Made by a program: the position numbers and the translations under genes. A stretch of DNA of 64,000 nucleotides, taken from positions 891,126-955,125 of the forward strand of contig JAWKKG010000003.1 of the NCBI GenBank assembly GCA_041393395.1, given 5' to 3'. The notes under the pieces were generated by a model that saw only the letters and a list, made by a program, of their open reading frames with translations, was not told the DNA's origin and did not search any database. This DNA is from a bacterium. Lineage in GTDB: Bacteria > ARS69. Positions 36,040 to 44,319 of the stretch are shown piece after piece. Numbering within the stretch: the stretch's first letter is position 1; every line of letters begins with the position of its first letter.

Positions 36040-38568
36040 TTGATCGATCGAGCGGAAATCTTCTGGTCCCGGGTGAGGCGGCTCGTGAGCCGGCACTCCT
36101 GGACCGCCCGGATCCTCGGCGCGAAGCCGGTGGTGGGCCACGCGGACGAGCCCGGCCTGGTCCTGATCCAGGTCGACGGGCTCGGAGAGGCGGTCCTCCG
36201 GCGGGCACTGGCCGAGGGCAAGATGCCGTTCCTGCGTCACCTGGTGGAGGACGAGGGCTACGGCGTCCACCGGCTGTACTCCGGGGTGCCCAGCAACACG
36301 CCGGCGTTCCAGGCGGAGCTGTTCTGGGGGGTACCCGGCGTGGTGCCCGGGTTCGGGTTCCGCGACCCGGAGACGGGGCGCGCGGTCTGGATGACGCAGC
36401 GGGGCACCGCCGCCCGGGTGGAGGAGCAGCTCGCCGCGGAGCACGAGGGGCTGCTGCGCGGCGGGTCCGCCTGGTCGGACATCTACTCCGGCGGGGCGGC
36501 GGAGCCGCGGTTCTGCTCCTCCACGGCCGGCGTGAGCGACCTGCTGCGCGAGCTGTCGCCGGGGCGACTCGTGGGACTGCTGGTCTGGCACGGCTGGAGC
36601 GTGGTCCGCGTGCTCGCGAACATCGTGGCGGAGACGGGGCTCGCGCTCTGGGACTTCGCGCGCGGCGCGATCGCCGGCCGCGATCTCGCGGCGGAGTTCC
36701 GGTTCATCGGCGAACGCGTGGGCGTCACGGCGGTGCTGCGCGAGATCATCACCGCCGGCGCGTGCGTGGACGCGGACCGCGGTCTCCCGATCGTGCATCT
36801 GAACTACCTGGGCTACGACGAGCACGCGCACCGCCGCGGCCCCGACTCGGGCTTCGCGCTGTGGGCACTCCAGGGAATCGACGCCTCCATCCGCCGCGTG
36901 TGGCTCGCCGCGCACCGATCGCGTCACCGCGACTACCAGGTGTGGATCTACTCGGATCACGGGCAGGAAACGGTCACCGCGTACCGCCCGCGCTACGGCG
37001 AGACGATCGAGGTCGCGGCGCGCCGCGCGTGGGACGCGTGGAAGGCGGGACGCGAGGCACAGCCGCGCCCCGAGAACCCGGCGGCCGGCGCGTCCGAACG
37101 CTTCGTCCGCGCGGAACGTCGCGGGCATCGCACGGCCGCGATGCGCGAGGAGCTGCCGGACTGGATGCGTCGGTGGAAGGAACGTCCGGGGGAGGAGCCG
37201 GCGCCGGTGGCGGAGGAGGGCGAGCCGTTCGTCCTGGAGCGCGGCCCGATCGGGTTCATGTACCTGCCGGAAGGCGAGCGGGATTTCGAGACCCGGCGAG
37301 CCGTGGCGGCGCGCGTGGCGCGCGAGGGACGTTCGCCCACCGTCCTCGTGGCCACGGAAGACGGCGGCGCGATCGCGTTCCCGGACGACGGGGGCGAGAT
37401 CCGGCTGCCGGGCGAGGAAGAGGCGCTGCTCGGCCCGGACCATCCGCACCGGGAAGCCGTGGTGCAGGATCTATTGCGGCTCGTGCACCACGAGCTGTCC
37501 GGCGAGCTCGTGCTGCTGAGCTGGCACCCGGCGCGACCGATGTCGTTCAACGTGGTGAACGGCGCGCACGGCGGACCGGGACCCCGCGAGACGACCGCGT
37601 TCCTGGTGACGCCGCCGGAGACGAACGAATCCGTGCCGCGCCATCGTTTGCGCGCGTCCGGCCTGCGCGAGCTCGCGCGCGACGTGCTCGACCCGACCCG
37701 CGCGAACCTGCGCCGGCACCGCATGCGCGCGGTGAGCGGAACGTCGGATCGCCTGCTGCGCATCGCCACCTACAACGTCCACGGCTGCCGCGGCATGGAC
37801 GGGCGCTACTCGGTCGAGCGCATCGCGCGCACGCTCGCCCGCCTCGCGCCCGACGTGGTCTGCCTGCAGGAGCTGGACCTCCAGCGCGCGCGGTCGGGCG
37901 GTCTCGATCAGGGACGCGAGATCGCGCAGCGCCTGGAGACCGACTATTTCTCGCACGCGGTGCGCGAGGCGGACGACGGTCTGTTCGGAAACGCGGTGCT
38001 GTCCACGTTGCCGGTCCGTCTCGTGGCGGCGGGTCCGCTGCCGGCGCTCGACACGCGCCTCGACCTCGAGCCGCGCGGCGTGCTGTGGGTGGAGATCGAT
38101 CTCGACGGGATCCCGGTGCAGGTCTTCAACACGCACCTCTCGATCCTGTCCCGCGAACGTCGCCTGCAGGTGCAGGAGCTGCTGTCGGAGCGCTGGCTGG
38201 GTCACCCGGACTGCACCGGCCCCGTGATCCTGCTCGGGGATTTCAACGCGGCCACGGACTCGTGGTGCTCGCACCGTCTCGCGGAGCGTGTACCGAACAT
38301 CGTGGATCAGGAGATCGAACTGCCGGGACCGCGCTCGCCGATCCGTCCCACGTGGTCGGGGCGCCTGCCCGTCCGCCGGATCGATCACGTGTTCGCGAGC
38401 GAGCACTTCCGGGTGAGACGCGTGGACGCGCCGCGCAACCGCCTCACGCGCGTGGCGTCGGATCACCTGCCGCTGGTGGTGGACCTCTCGATCGATTCCT
38501 CGTCGCTCGTGCCCCAGTCGGGCGTGAGCCGCAGGAACTGGAGCGAGACGAGCGAGAGCAGGACGTAG
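36040..38568 (+). CDS. two-domain phosphoesterase: alkaline-phosphatase-superfamily (type I phosphodiesterase-like) N-domain plus EEP C-domain
   Basis: N-domain: LVLIQVDGLG, VPSNTPAFQ, IYSDHGQE. C-domain: RIATYNVHG, VVCLQELD, ILLGDFNA, ASDHLPLVVDL. TTG at 36040 with GGAGG 5 nt upstream; the start is uncertain (GTG at 36073 is also possible). Confidence 0.72.
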   Translation: MIDRAEIFWSRVRRLVSRHSWTARILGAKPVVGHADEPGLVLIQVDGLGEAVLRRALAEGKMPFLRHLVEDEGYGVHRLYSGVPSNTPAFQAELFWGVPGVVPGFGFRDPETGRAVWMTQRGTAARVEEQLAAEHEGLLRGGSAWSDIYSGGAAEPRFCSSTAGVSDLLRELSPGRLVGLLVWHGWSVVRVLANIVAETGLALWDFARGAIAGRDLAAEFRFIGERVGVTAVLREIITAGACVDADRGLPIVHLNYLGYDEHAHRRGPDSGFALWALQGIDASIRRVWLAAHRSRHRDYQVWIYSDHGQETVTAYRPRYGETIEVAARRAWDAWKAGREAQPRPENPAAGASERFVRAERRGHRTAAMREELPDWMRRWKERPGEEPAPVAEEGEPFVLERGPIGFMYLPEGERDFETRRAVAARVAREGRSPTVLVATEDGGAIAFPDDGGEIRLPGEEEALLGPDHPHREAVVQDLLRLVHHELSGELVLLSWHPARPMSFNVVNGAHGGPGPRETTAFLVTPPETNESVPRHRLRASGLRELARDVLDPTRANLRRHRMRAVSGTSDRLLRIATYNVHGCRGMDGRYSVERIARTLARLAPDVVCLQELDLQRARSGGLDQGREIAQRLETDYFSHAVREADDGLFGNAVLSTLPVRLVAAGPLPALDTRLDLEPRGVLWVEIDLDGIPVQVFNTHLSILSRERRLQVQELLSERWLGHPDCTGPVILLGDFNAATDSWCSHRLAERVPNIVDQEIELPGPRSPIRPTWSGRLPVRRIDHVFASEHFRVRRVDAPRNRLTRVASDHLPLVVDLSIDSSSLVPQSGVSRRNWSETSESRT

Positions 38569-39002
38569 GACACGAACCAGTAGAAGCCGACCTCGAGGTT
38601 CGCGTCGAGCTGGTCCGTGGCCTTTGCGGACAGGAACGCCACGTACACCGCCACCACGAAGACGTCGTTCATGGCCCACTTGCTGATGCCGCGCGCGAAG
38701 TTCGCGATGTAGCGGCGGGGGAGCGCGGCGCGCAGCGACAGCGCCACGCCGAGCAGCACGCCCTTCACGATCGGCACCACCACGCCGAACAGGAAGATCA
38801 GTCCCGCCACGAGATCGTTGCCCGAGTCGTGCAGACTCTCCACGGTCTGCAGGATGCTGCGGGTCTCGCGGAACACCTCGCGCTCGGTGCCGAACAGCGA
38901 GATCTTCGCGGTGATCGTGATCAGCGGCTTCGTGATGCCGGGCCACAGCGCCGCGAACGAGGCGACGAGCAGCGCCAGCCCGATCGCGTTGCGGACCTTC
39001 AC
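38463..39002 (-). CDS. PqiA-like (paraquat-inducible protein A family) membrane protein
   Basis: 179 aa, 4 TM. ISKWAMNDVFVVAVYVAFL resembles the PqiA signature. Its 3' end overlaps the convergent gene by 106 nt. Confidence 0.6.
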   Translation of the reverse strand: MKVRNAIGLALLVASFAALWPGITKPLITITAKISLFGTEREVFRETRSILQTVESLHDSGNDLVAGLIFLFGVVVPIVKGVLLGVALSLRAALPRRYIANFARGISKWAMNDVFVVAVYVAFLSAKATDQLDANLEVGFYWFVSYVLLSLVSLQFLRLTPDWGTSDEESIERSTTSGR

Positions 39003-39042
39003 GACGCGCGCCGCGCGGGAGAGCGGCGGGGGCCGGGCCGCG

Positions 39043-40335
39043 TCACGAGGCGAGGCCGAGGTTCTGGCGCAGGCGACTCGCCCACGGGCTCTTGGGATCG
39101 GCCTCGAGGTACACGCGCGCGTGACGTCGCGCGTCCTGGGCGCGTCCCGCGCCGAGGTAGGCCTCGGCGAGGTTGTAGTGCGCGTCCGGGAACGCGGGAG
39201 CGAGCTCCACCGCGCGACGTCCGGCCGCGATCGCTTCTTCCCACTCCTCGAACTGCGCGTGCACGCTCGCGAGGTTGTTCCAGGCCTCCGCGTACGCGGG
39301 ATCGATCTCCACCGCCTGCTCGAATCGCGAGAGCGCCTCCTCGAGCCGGCCGAGCGAGTGCAGCACGTTGCCGAGGTTGAACGCGATCTCGGCCGACGGG
39401 CCGCCCGCGAGCAACGCCTCGCGGTACGCGCGCGCGGCCTCGTCCAGGTGATCCGCGTCCTCGAGCTCGAGCGCGAGCTCGAACCATTCGTCGGCCGTGC
39501 GGGGATTCGTGGGCAGCACGGGAGCGGCGGCCGGCGGTGAGTGCGGAGTCGGCGTCGAGGCGCCGGCGCCCCCCTCGATCACGAAGAGGCGCGGCCGGCC
39601 GGCCGGCGGGGTCTCTTCCGGGGAGTCGAGGTCCGAGTCGTCGTCCGAGCCCGCCGGCGCGGCGGGGCCCGAGTTGCCGGTTGCGCCTTCCGCGCCGAAG
39701 CCGAGCGTCATCTGGCCGGACGGCTCCGCGAGGCGTCCCGGTCCGAGGCGGACCAGCAGGCCGGCGGATCCGCCGAGCGTGTCCAGACGTTGCAAGGCAC
39801 TCTCGTTCTCGGGGAGCCAGCGCGCGAGCTGCGCGAGGCTCTCGCGGATCGTGGCCACGGACGCGCCGCGCGCCGTGAGCTCCGCGAGGCGCTTGACCTC
39901 CGCCGCCTGGCGGAAGTCGAAGTAGTCGAGCCGGGCCTCCGTGCGTGCCGGCTTGAGGATGCCGCGACGGATCCACGCGCGGATGCGGCGAGCGGGGATG
40001 CGCAGGAGCCGCGCGAGCTGGGCCGTGGTGTAGAGCGTGTCGAGCGGGCGCTCGTCGACGCCGGTGGCGCCGAGCGCGGCGAGGAAGTCGTGCTCGGAGA
40101 CGATTTCGAGCGAACGGCCGCCCTCGATCAGCGCGCGTGCTCGTTCCAGGTTCACGGCGAGGTGACCGTCGTCCTGGATCGGCCACGGTTCTGCGCCGAC
40201 CACCACGATGTCCGTCGACTCGTCGCAGCGCGACACCGGCGTGCCGCCGGCCTGCGCCACGAGCTCCGCCGCCTCCTCGCGCGTGACCGCGGCAAAGCGG
40301 CCGGCGAACGCCACGCGTCGTCCCCGGTAACTCAT
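39043..40335 (-). CDS. BRCT-like / MerR-type HTH / TPR three-domain protein
   Basis: N-terminus RRVAFAGRFAAVTREEAAELVAQAGG...IVVVG (BRCT-like). LYTTAQLARLLRIPARRIRAWIRRGIL (MerR HTH). C-terminal TPRs (AEIAFNLGNVL, AEAWNNLASV, PDAHYNLAEAY). Alternative start at 40389. Confidence 0.65.
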   Translation of the reverse strand: MSYRGRRVAFAGRFAAVTREEAAELVAQAGGTPVSRCDESTDIVVVGAEPWPIQDDGHLAVNLERARALIEGGRSLEIVSEHDFLAALGATGVDERPLDTLYTTAQLARLLRIPARRIRAWIRRGILKPARTEARLDYFDFRQAAEVKRLAELTARGASVATIRESLAQLARWLPENESALQRLDTLGGSAGLLVRLGPGRLAEPSGQMTLGFGAEGATGNSGPAAPAGSDDDSDLDSPEETPPAGRPRLFVIEGGAGASTPTPHSPPAAAPVLPTNPRTADEWFELALELEDADHLDEAARAYREALLAGGPSAEIAFNLGNVLHSLGRLEEALSRFEQAVEIDPAYAEAWNNLASVHAQFEEWEEAIAAGRRAVELAPAFPDAHYNLAEAYLGAGRAQDARRHARVYLEADPKSPWASRLRQNLGLAS

Positions 40336-40474
40336 CCACCACTCCCATCCTCGGACGCGGCGAAGATATGACGGCGACGCGACGTCCACAAGGGCCGGTC
40401 ACCCGAAGGTAGCGGGTCCGAATGACCCACGACCCACCCGACGGCGGCCGGCCCGGGGACGGGGGAGGGAGTTG

Positions 40475-41104
40475 CTACGGCTTCGCCGAGAGCGGCGGGG
40501 GGAACTTCGCGAGGACGGCCTCGGCGATCTTCTCGTAGTCGTTGTCCGGGGAGGTCGGGTCCGCGAGTCCCTTGCCCCAGCCGAACCAGACGAGCTGACT
40601 CGTCCGGGTGTCGATGATCTCCACGATCACGTCGCCTTCCTCGAGGCTCTCGTACTCGAAGCCCTCCACCTGCCAGTCGCTATCGAACGGCTCCGTGACC
40701 TGCGGGTCCTGCTTGCCGTGATCCGGCACGTCGCCCACGCCCGAGCGACCCGGGGTGATGATGTCCGGCTGGGTCAGATCCCCGTCGTCGACCTGCACGC
40801 GGAGCTTCGCGACCTCCACCCCGAGGATGTAGTGCACCCGGAAGTCGGGATTCCGGTCGGTCGGTCCCTCGAAGCCCTTCCTGCGGAGTACCGCCTCGAC
40901 GCCCGCACGGGCGGCGGCGCGCAGGTCCGCGTCGACCGTGGTGGGGTCCTCGTCCAGACGCGTGTCCCAGCCGAAGGTGCGGTACGCGCCGAACGGCGCG
41001 TGCTCGTCGAACTGGCTCTGGACCTGGACTCCGGCGCAGCCGGAGAGGAGTGGCAGACCGATCAGCATCAGGGTACCGGCGACGAGCGAGTTTCCGGAGC
41101 GCAT
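40475..41104 (-). CDS. DUF4136-like lipoprotein
   Basis: Lipobox LLSGCAG. FGWD...RVHYILGVE pattern. Confidence 0.65.
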   Translation of the reverse strand: MRSGNSLVAGTLMLIGLPLLSGCAGVQVQSQFDEHAPFGAYRTFGWDTRLDEDPTTVDADLRAAARAGVEAVLRRKGFEGPTDRNPDFRVHYILGVEVAKLRVQVDDGDLTQPDIITPGRSGVGDVPDHGKQDPQVTEPFDSDWQVEGFEYESLEEGDVIVEIIDTRTSQLVWFGWGKGLADPTSPDNDYEKIAEAVLAKFPPPLSAKP

Positions 41105-41165
41105 CAGAGTCCTCCCTTCGGGAAGCGTCGCGCCGGAGGGCCGTGGGGGCAGGTCCGCGGGGGAC

Positions 41166-42089
41166 CTACTCGGCGACGGTATCCAGGAAGACCGGGGCCC
41201 GCAGCTGACCGTCCGGCGTGTGCTCGAGGAATTTCACCCGGCAGAACACGTTCGGTTCCACCCAGATGACTTCTTCTCCGCCCTGCGACGGAACCGAAAT
41301 GAAGGGCGTCGGCCGCACGTGGGCGCGGAGGCGGTCGTTCAGCGCGCGGCGGCGCACGTCGTCGAGGCCGCTGCCCACACGGCCGGCGTACACGAGCTCG
41401 CCGCCGCTCTCGAGACCGATGACGAGACTCCGCAGGTCGCGCTCGCCGTCCGGCAGGAACCCGAGGATCGCGCAGTAGGCGGTGCGCGACTGCTTGATCT
41501 TGAGCCAGGAGTCCGAGCGCTTGCCGGGAAGGTAGCGGCTCGCGAGTCGCTTCGCGACGACGCCCTCGAGCTCCATCGCGCACGCCTGCTCGAAGTACGC
41601 GAGACCTTGCCCGATCACGCCGTCCGAGAACACCACGGTCGATTGCAGGTCGGTGTCCAGTTCGCCCATCAGCTCGCGCAGGGCGGCGCGGCGATCGGCG
41701 AGCGTCCAGTCCACGATCGACTCGCCAGCCCGCCACAGGAGATCGAACACCACGTACACCGCCGGCATCGACTGCGCGAGCAGCGCCACGCGACGTTCCC
41801 CGCGAGCCTGCTCCCGGCGCAGCATGCCGTGGAAGCTCGGGCGGCCGTCGATCAGGACCGCGATCTCGCCGTCGAGCACGGTACCGTCCGGCAGGCCGGC
41901 GAGGCCGGCGAGCTCGGGGTAGCGTTCGCGCTGCGGGTTCGCCTTGCGGTTCAAGAGGCGATAGTCGCCGCCCTCCACGAACGCGAGCGCGCGCGTGCCG
42001 TCCCACTTGATCTCGAAGATCCAGTCCGGGTCGTCGAACGGCTCGCCGATCTTCGCGAGCATGGGCGGGATGAACTCGGGGAGGGGCAT
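41166..42089 (-). CDS. ATP-dependent DNA ligase (stand-alone LigD-type ligase domain)
   Basis: Motif I EIKWDGTR with the catalytic Lys, LDGEIAV, VYVVFDLL, EGVVAKR, WLKIKQ. Confidence 0.9.
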   Translation of the reverse strand: MPLPEFIPPMLAKIGEPFDDPDWIFEIKWDGTRALAFVEGGDYRLLNRKANPQRERYPELAGLAGLPDGTVLDGEIAVLIDGRPSFHGMLRREQARGERRVALLAQSMPAVYVVFDLLWRAGESIVDWTLADRRAALRELMGELDTDLQSTVVFSDGVIGQGLAYFEQACAMELEGVVAKRLASRYLPGKRSDSWLKIKQSRTAYCAILGFLPDGERDLRSLVIGLESGGELVYAGRVGSGLDDVRRRALNDRLRAHVRPTPFISVPSQGGEEVIWVEPNVFCRVKFLEHTPDGQLRAPVFLDTVAE

Positions 42090-42197
42090 GCGCCGTCCTT
42101 GTCTCGGGGCGGGGAACGAGTCCGCGGTGGCCGTTGCGCAATCGGAAGTGGCCGATCGTTGCGTCCGTCAGCAGGCTCGAGTCGATGGAAAGGTTAG

Positions 42198-42389
42198 CAC
42201 GAGGATGCTACGATTGCCGTGCTTCTCGCTCGAACGTTGAGTGACGGACCGCTGGCTAGCGGTCGTCACGACCTGGTGTGGGACGGTTTGAGTCAAACAG
42301 GTGCGGCCGCCGCCGATGGTGTCTATTTCTTGCGGGTGGAGGCGCGCGGGTATTCACGCACACACAAGCTCGTCCGCGTCGGGAGGTAG
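42198..42389 (+). pseudogene. orphan remnant of a FlgD-Ig/T9SS-like C-terminal sorting domain
   Basis: The frame after the TAG at 42195 reads ...VLLARTLSDGPLASGRHDLVWDGLSQTGAAAADGVYFLRVEARGYSRTHKLVRVGR*. This aligns with the CTDs ending the genes at 57550 and 63036. There is no upstream passenger domain. Confidence 0.6.
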
Positions 42390-42390
42390 G

Positions 42391-43680
42391 ATGAACCGCA
42401 CGCAGATCGCCACCCTGGTCGTCGCACTCGCGAGTTCCTCGCCCGTCTCTGCAACGACACTACGTGTCCCCGAGGACTTCCCGACGATTCAAGCCGCCGT
42501 GGATTCCGCCGGCCCGATCGACGTCGTGGACGTCGCTCCGGGCACTTGGTCGGACGCGGAGACACGCTCGGTGTGGAACGGCGGGATGTACGTCAACGTC
42601 CGGTCGGTGGTGTTCCTGAAGCCCGGCGTCACCGTGCGCTCACGAAGTGGCGCCGAGGTCACGATCATCGATCTCTCGCTGAACCCGGGCCCGGGTTTCC
42701 AGACTCCAGTGGTCTATCCAGGTCTCCAAGCCGGGCCGGCGACGATCCAGGGTTTCACGGTATTGGGAGCGGGCTCGGGCGGAGGGGCCATTAGTTCTCT
42801 GGCGGCCCAGAAGTTGATCGTGCGGGAGTGTATCGTACGGGACATCGACACCGGGGGGCGTGCGATCACGGTCGCCAATGGCGGCGGGCTTGAGATCTAC
42901 GACACGGTCGTGGAGAACGTGACGTTGCTCGGCGGCACCGCGATCCGCGCCATCAACGGCGGAAGCCTGAAGATGATCCGGACCACGATTCGCGACAACT
43001 CTGCGGGAGGCCTCTTCTCGGAGGTACCGACCGTGATCGAGGACTGTAGCTTCATCAGGAACCGGACGACGCAGGGCGGGGCGGGCGTGGTCCTCAGCAA
43101 GACCTCGGAAGTCAGGAACTGTCTCTTCCAGGAAAACGTCTCGTTTGAAGGTGTGGGTGCGGGCCTCTGGGTCGGCCTGTCGCCGGCCGTCGTCGAAGGA
43201 TGCACGTTCGTCCGGGACTCGTGCGGGGCGAGTGGCGCGGCGGCGGGGCTGCTCCTTTCCTATACGTCCGGAAGCTCTGTCGTTCGGAACAACACGTTCG
43301 TGGGTTGTCACTCTCCGGCCTTTCCTCCGTCTGCGTTCGGGGTGTCCAATAGCGTGGCAGAGTTCTCGAACAACATCGTCACGGGCAGCACCGGGGCGGC
43401 GGCACTGCACAACACGGGTGGGACGGTCACCGGCGGCTGCAACGACTACTGGAACAATGAAGCGGGCGACTTCGACGCATGGGCCCCGTTCCCCACCGAC
43501 TTCTCCGCCGATCCCCTCTTCTGCGATCCGGAGTCCGACGACTACCGTCTCCATAGCAACTCCCTTTGCGCGCCGGATCAGAACCCGACCTGCGGTCAGG
43601 TCGGGGCCTGGCCCGTCGCGTGCGGATCCGTGTCCATCGAGTCCCTCTCCTGGGGGCGAATCAAGGGGGCCTACCGATGA
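42391..43680 (+). CDS. secreted right-handed beta-helix (pectin-lyase-fold-like) protein
   Basis: GGGAGG RBS and a signal peptide. Repetitive NxxxGG/Vxxxxx rungs (ITVANGGGLEIYDT, IRAINGGSLKM, NSAGGLFSE...). The C-terminal tail is SWGRIKGAYR. Confidence 0.7.
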   Translation: MNRTQIATLVVALASSSPVSATTLRVPEDFPTIQAAVDSAGPIDVVDVAPGTWSDAETRSVWNGGMYVNVRSVVFLKPGVTVRSRSGAEVTIIDLSLNPGPGFQTPVVYPGLQAGPATIQGFTVLGAGSGGGAISSLAAQKLIVRECIVRDIDTGGRAITVANGGGLEIYDTVVENVTLLGGTAIRAINGGSLKMIRTTIRDNSAGGLFSEVPTVIEDCSFIRNRTTQGGAGVVLSKTSEVRNCLFQENVSFEGVGAGLWVGLSPAVVEGCTFVRDSCGASGAAAGLLLSYTSGSSVVRNNTFVGCHSPAFPPSAFGVSNSVAEFSNNIVTGSTGAAALHNTGGTVTGGCNDYWNNEAGDFDAWAPFPTDFSADPLFCDPESDDYRLHSNSLCAPDQNPTCGQVGAWPVACGSVSIESLSWGRIKGAYR

Positions 43681-44297
43681 TTTCCCGTGCGATCCTGCTC
43701 GCGGCACTTGGTCTCGTATCCCTCCCGGCGGCGCCCGTCCGCGCCGAAAGGGAGGTCTTCCCGTGCACGGAACAGGCGTTGATCACGAACGGCGCAGGAC
43801 TCGGCCGCTTCCTGTTCCGCTTCGATGGGACGACGGCTCTCCGCGACGAGCTCGTCACGGCGGCGTGGCTCGACGTTGCCTGCGGATGGGTTTCCGAGGA
43901 TGTCCTCTCCGTTCGGGTTGCGCCGCTGGATCGGGCTTGGTCGTCTGCGTCCGTGACCTGGACCTCTCCTTGGCACGACGCCGGTGGAGATCTCGCTCGG
44001 GCGTTCATCACCGCCGAGGATGTCCGGTCCGCAACCGTGCGCCTGAACGTGACGGAGTGGGTGCGGAGCCACTTTGCAGGGGATGTCGAGGACTACGGTT
44101 TGCTGCTCACGGTAGATGACGGCGCACGAGGGGGATTCACACCCGGTGAGCGTGCTCTGTTCGGCGATCTGCCGGACGCCTCGCTCATCGTGGAGTACCG
44201 CGATTTGACGGGGCAGGGGATCGAAGGAGGCCCGCGGGCGTTCCTCGCGCGCCGCCAAGCGAGGATCGCGTCCGAGCGACCGGACCGGAGCAAGTAG
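43677..44297 (+). CDS. secreted DNRLRE-like domain protein
   Basis: ATGA overlap with the upstream gene. Signal peptide. AWSSASVTWTSPW and VTEWV...DYGLLLTV motifs. Confidence 0.5.
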   Translation: MISRAILLAALGLVSLPAAPVRAEREVFPCTEQALITNGAGLGRFLFRFDGTTALRDELVTAAWLDVACGWVSEDVLSVRVAPLDRAWSSASVTWTSPWHDAGGDLARAFITAEDVRSATVRLNVTEWVRSHFAGDVEDYGLLLTVDDGARGGFTPGERALFGDLPDASLIVEYRDLTGQGIEGGPRAFLARRQARIASERPDRSK

Positions 44298-44319
44298 AAA
44301 GAGGGAGCGCCGTGTCGCC

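Noticed and set aside
42241-42269. The inverted repeat GTGACGgACCGCT-ggct-AGCGGTCGTCAC, considered as a terminator or operator.
   Set aside because: It has no U-tract, and it lies inside the reading frame of the CTD remnant. It is most simply explained as coding-derived sequence.
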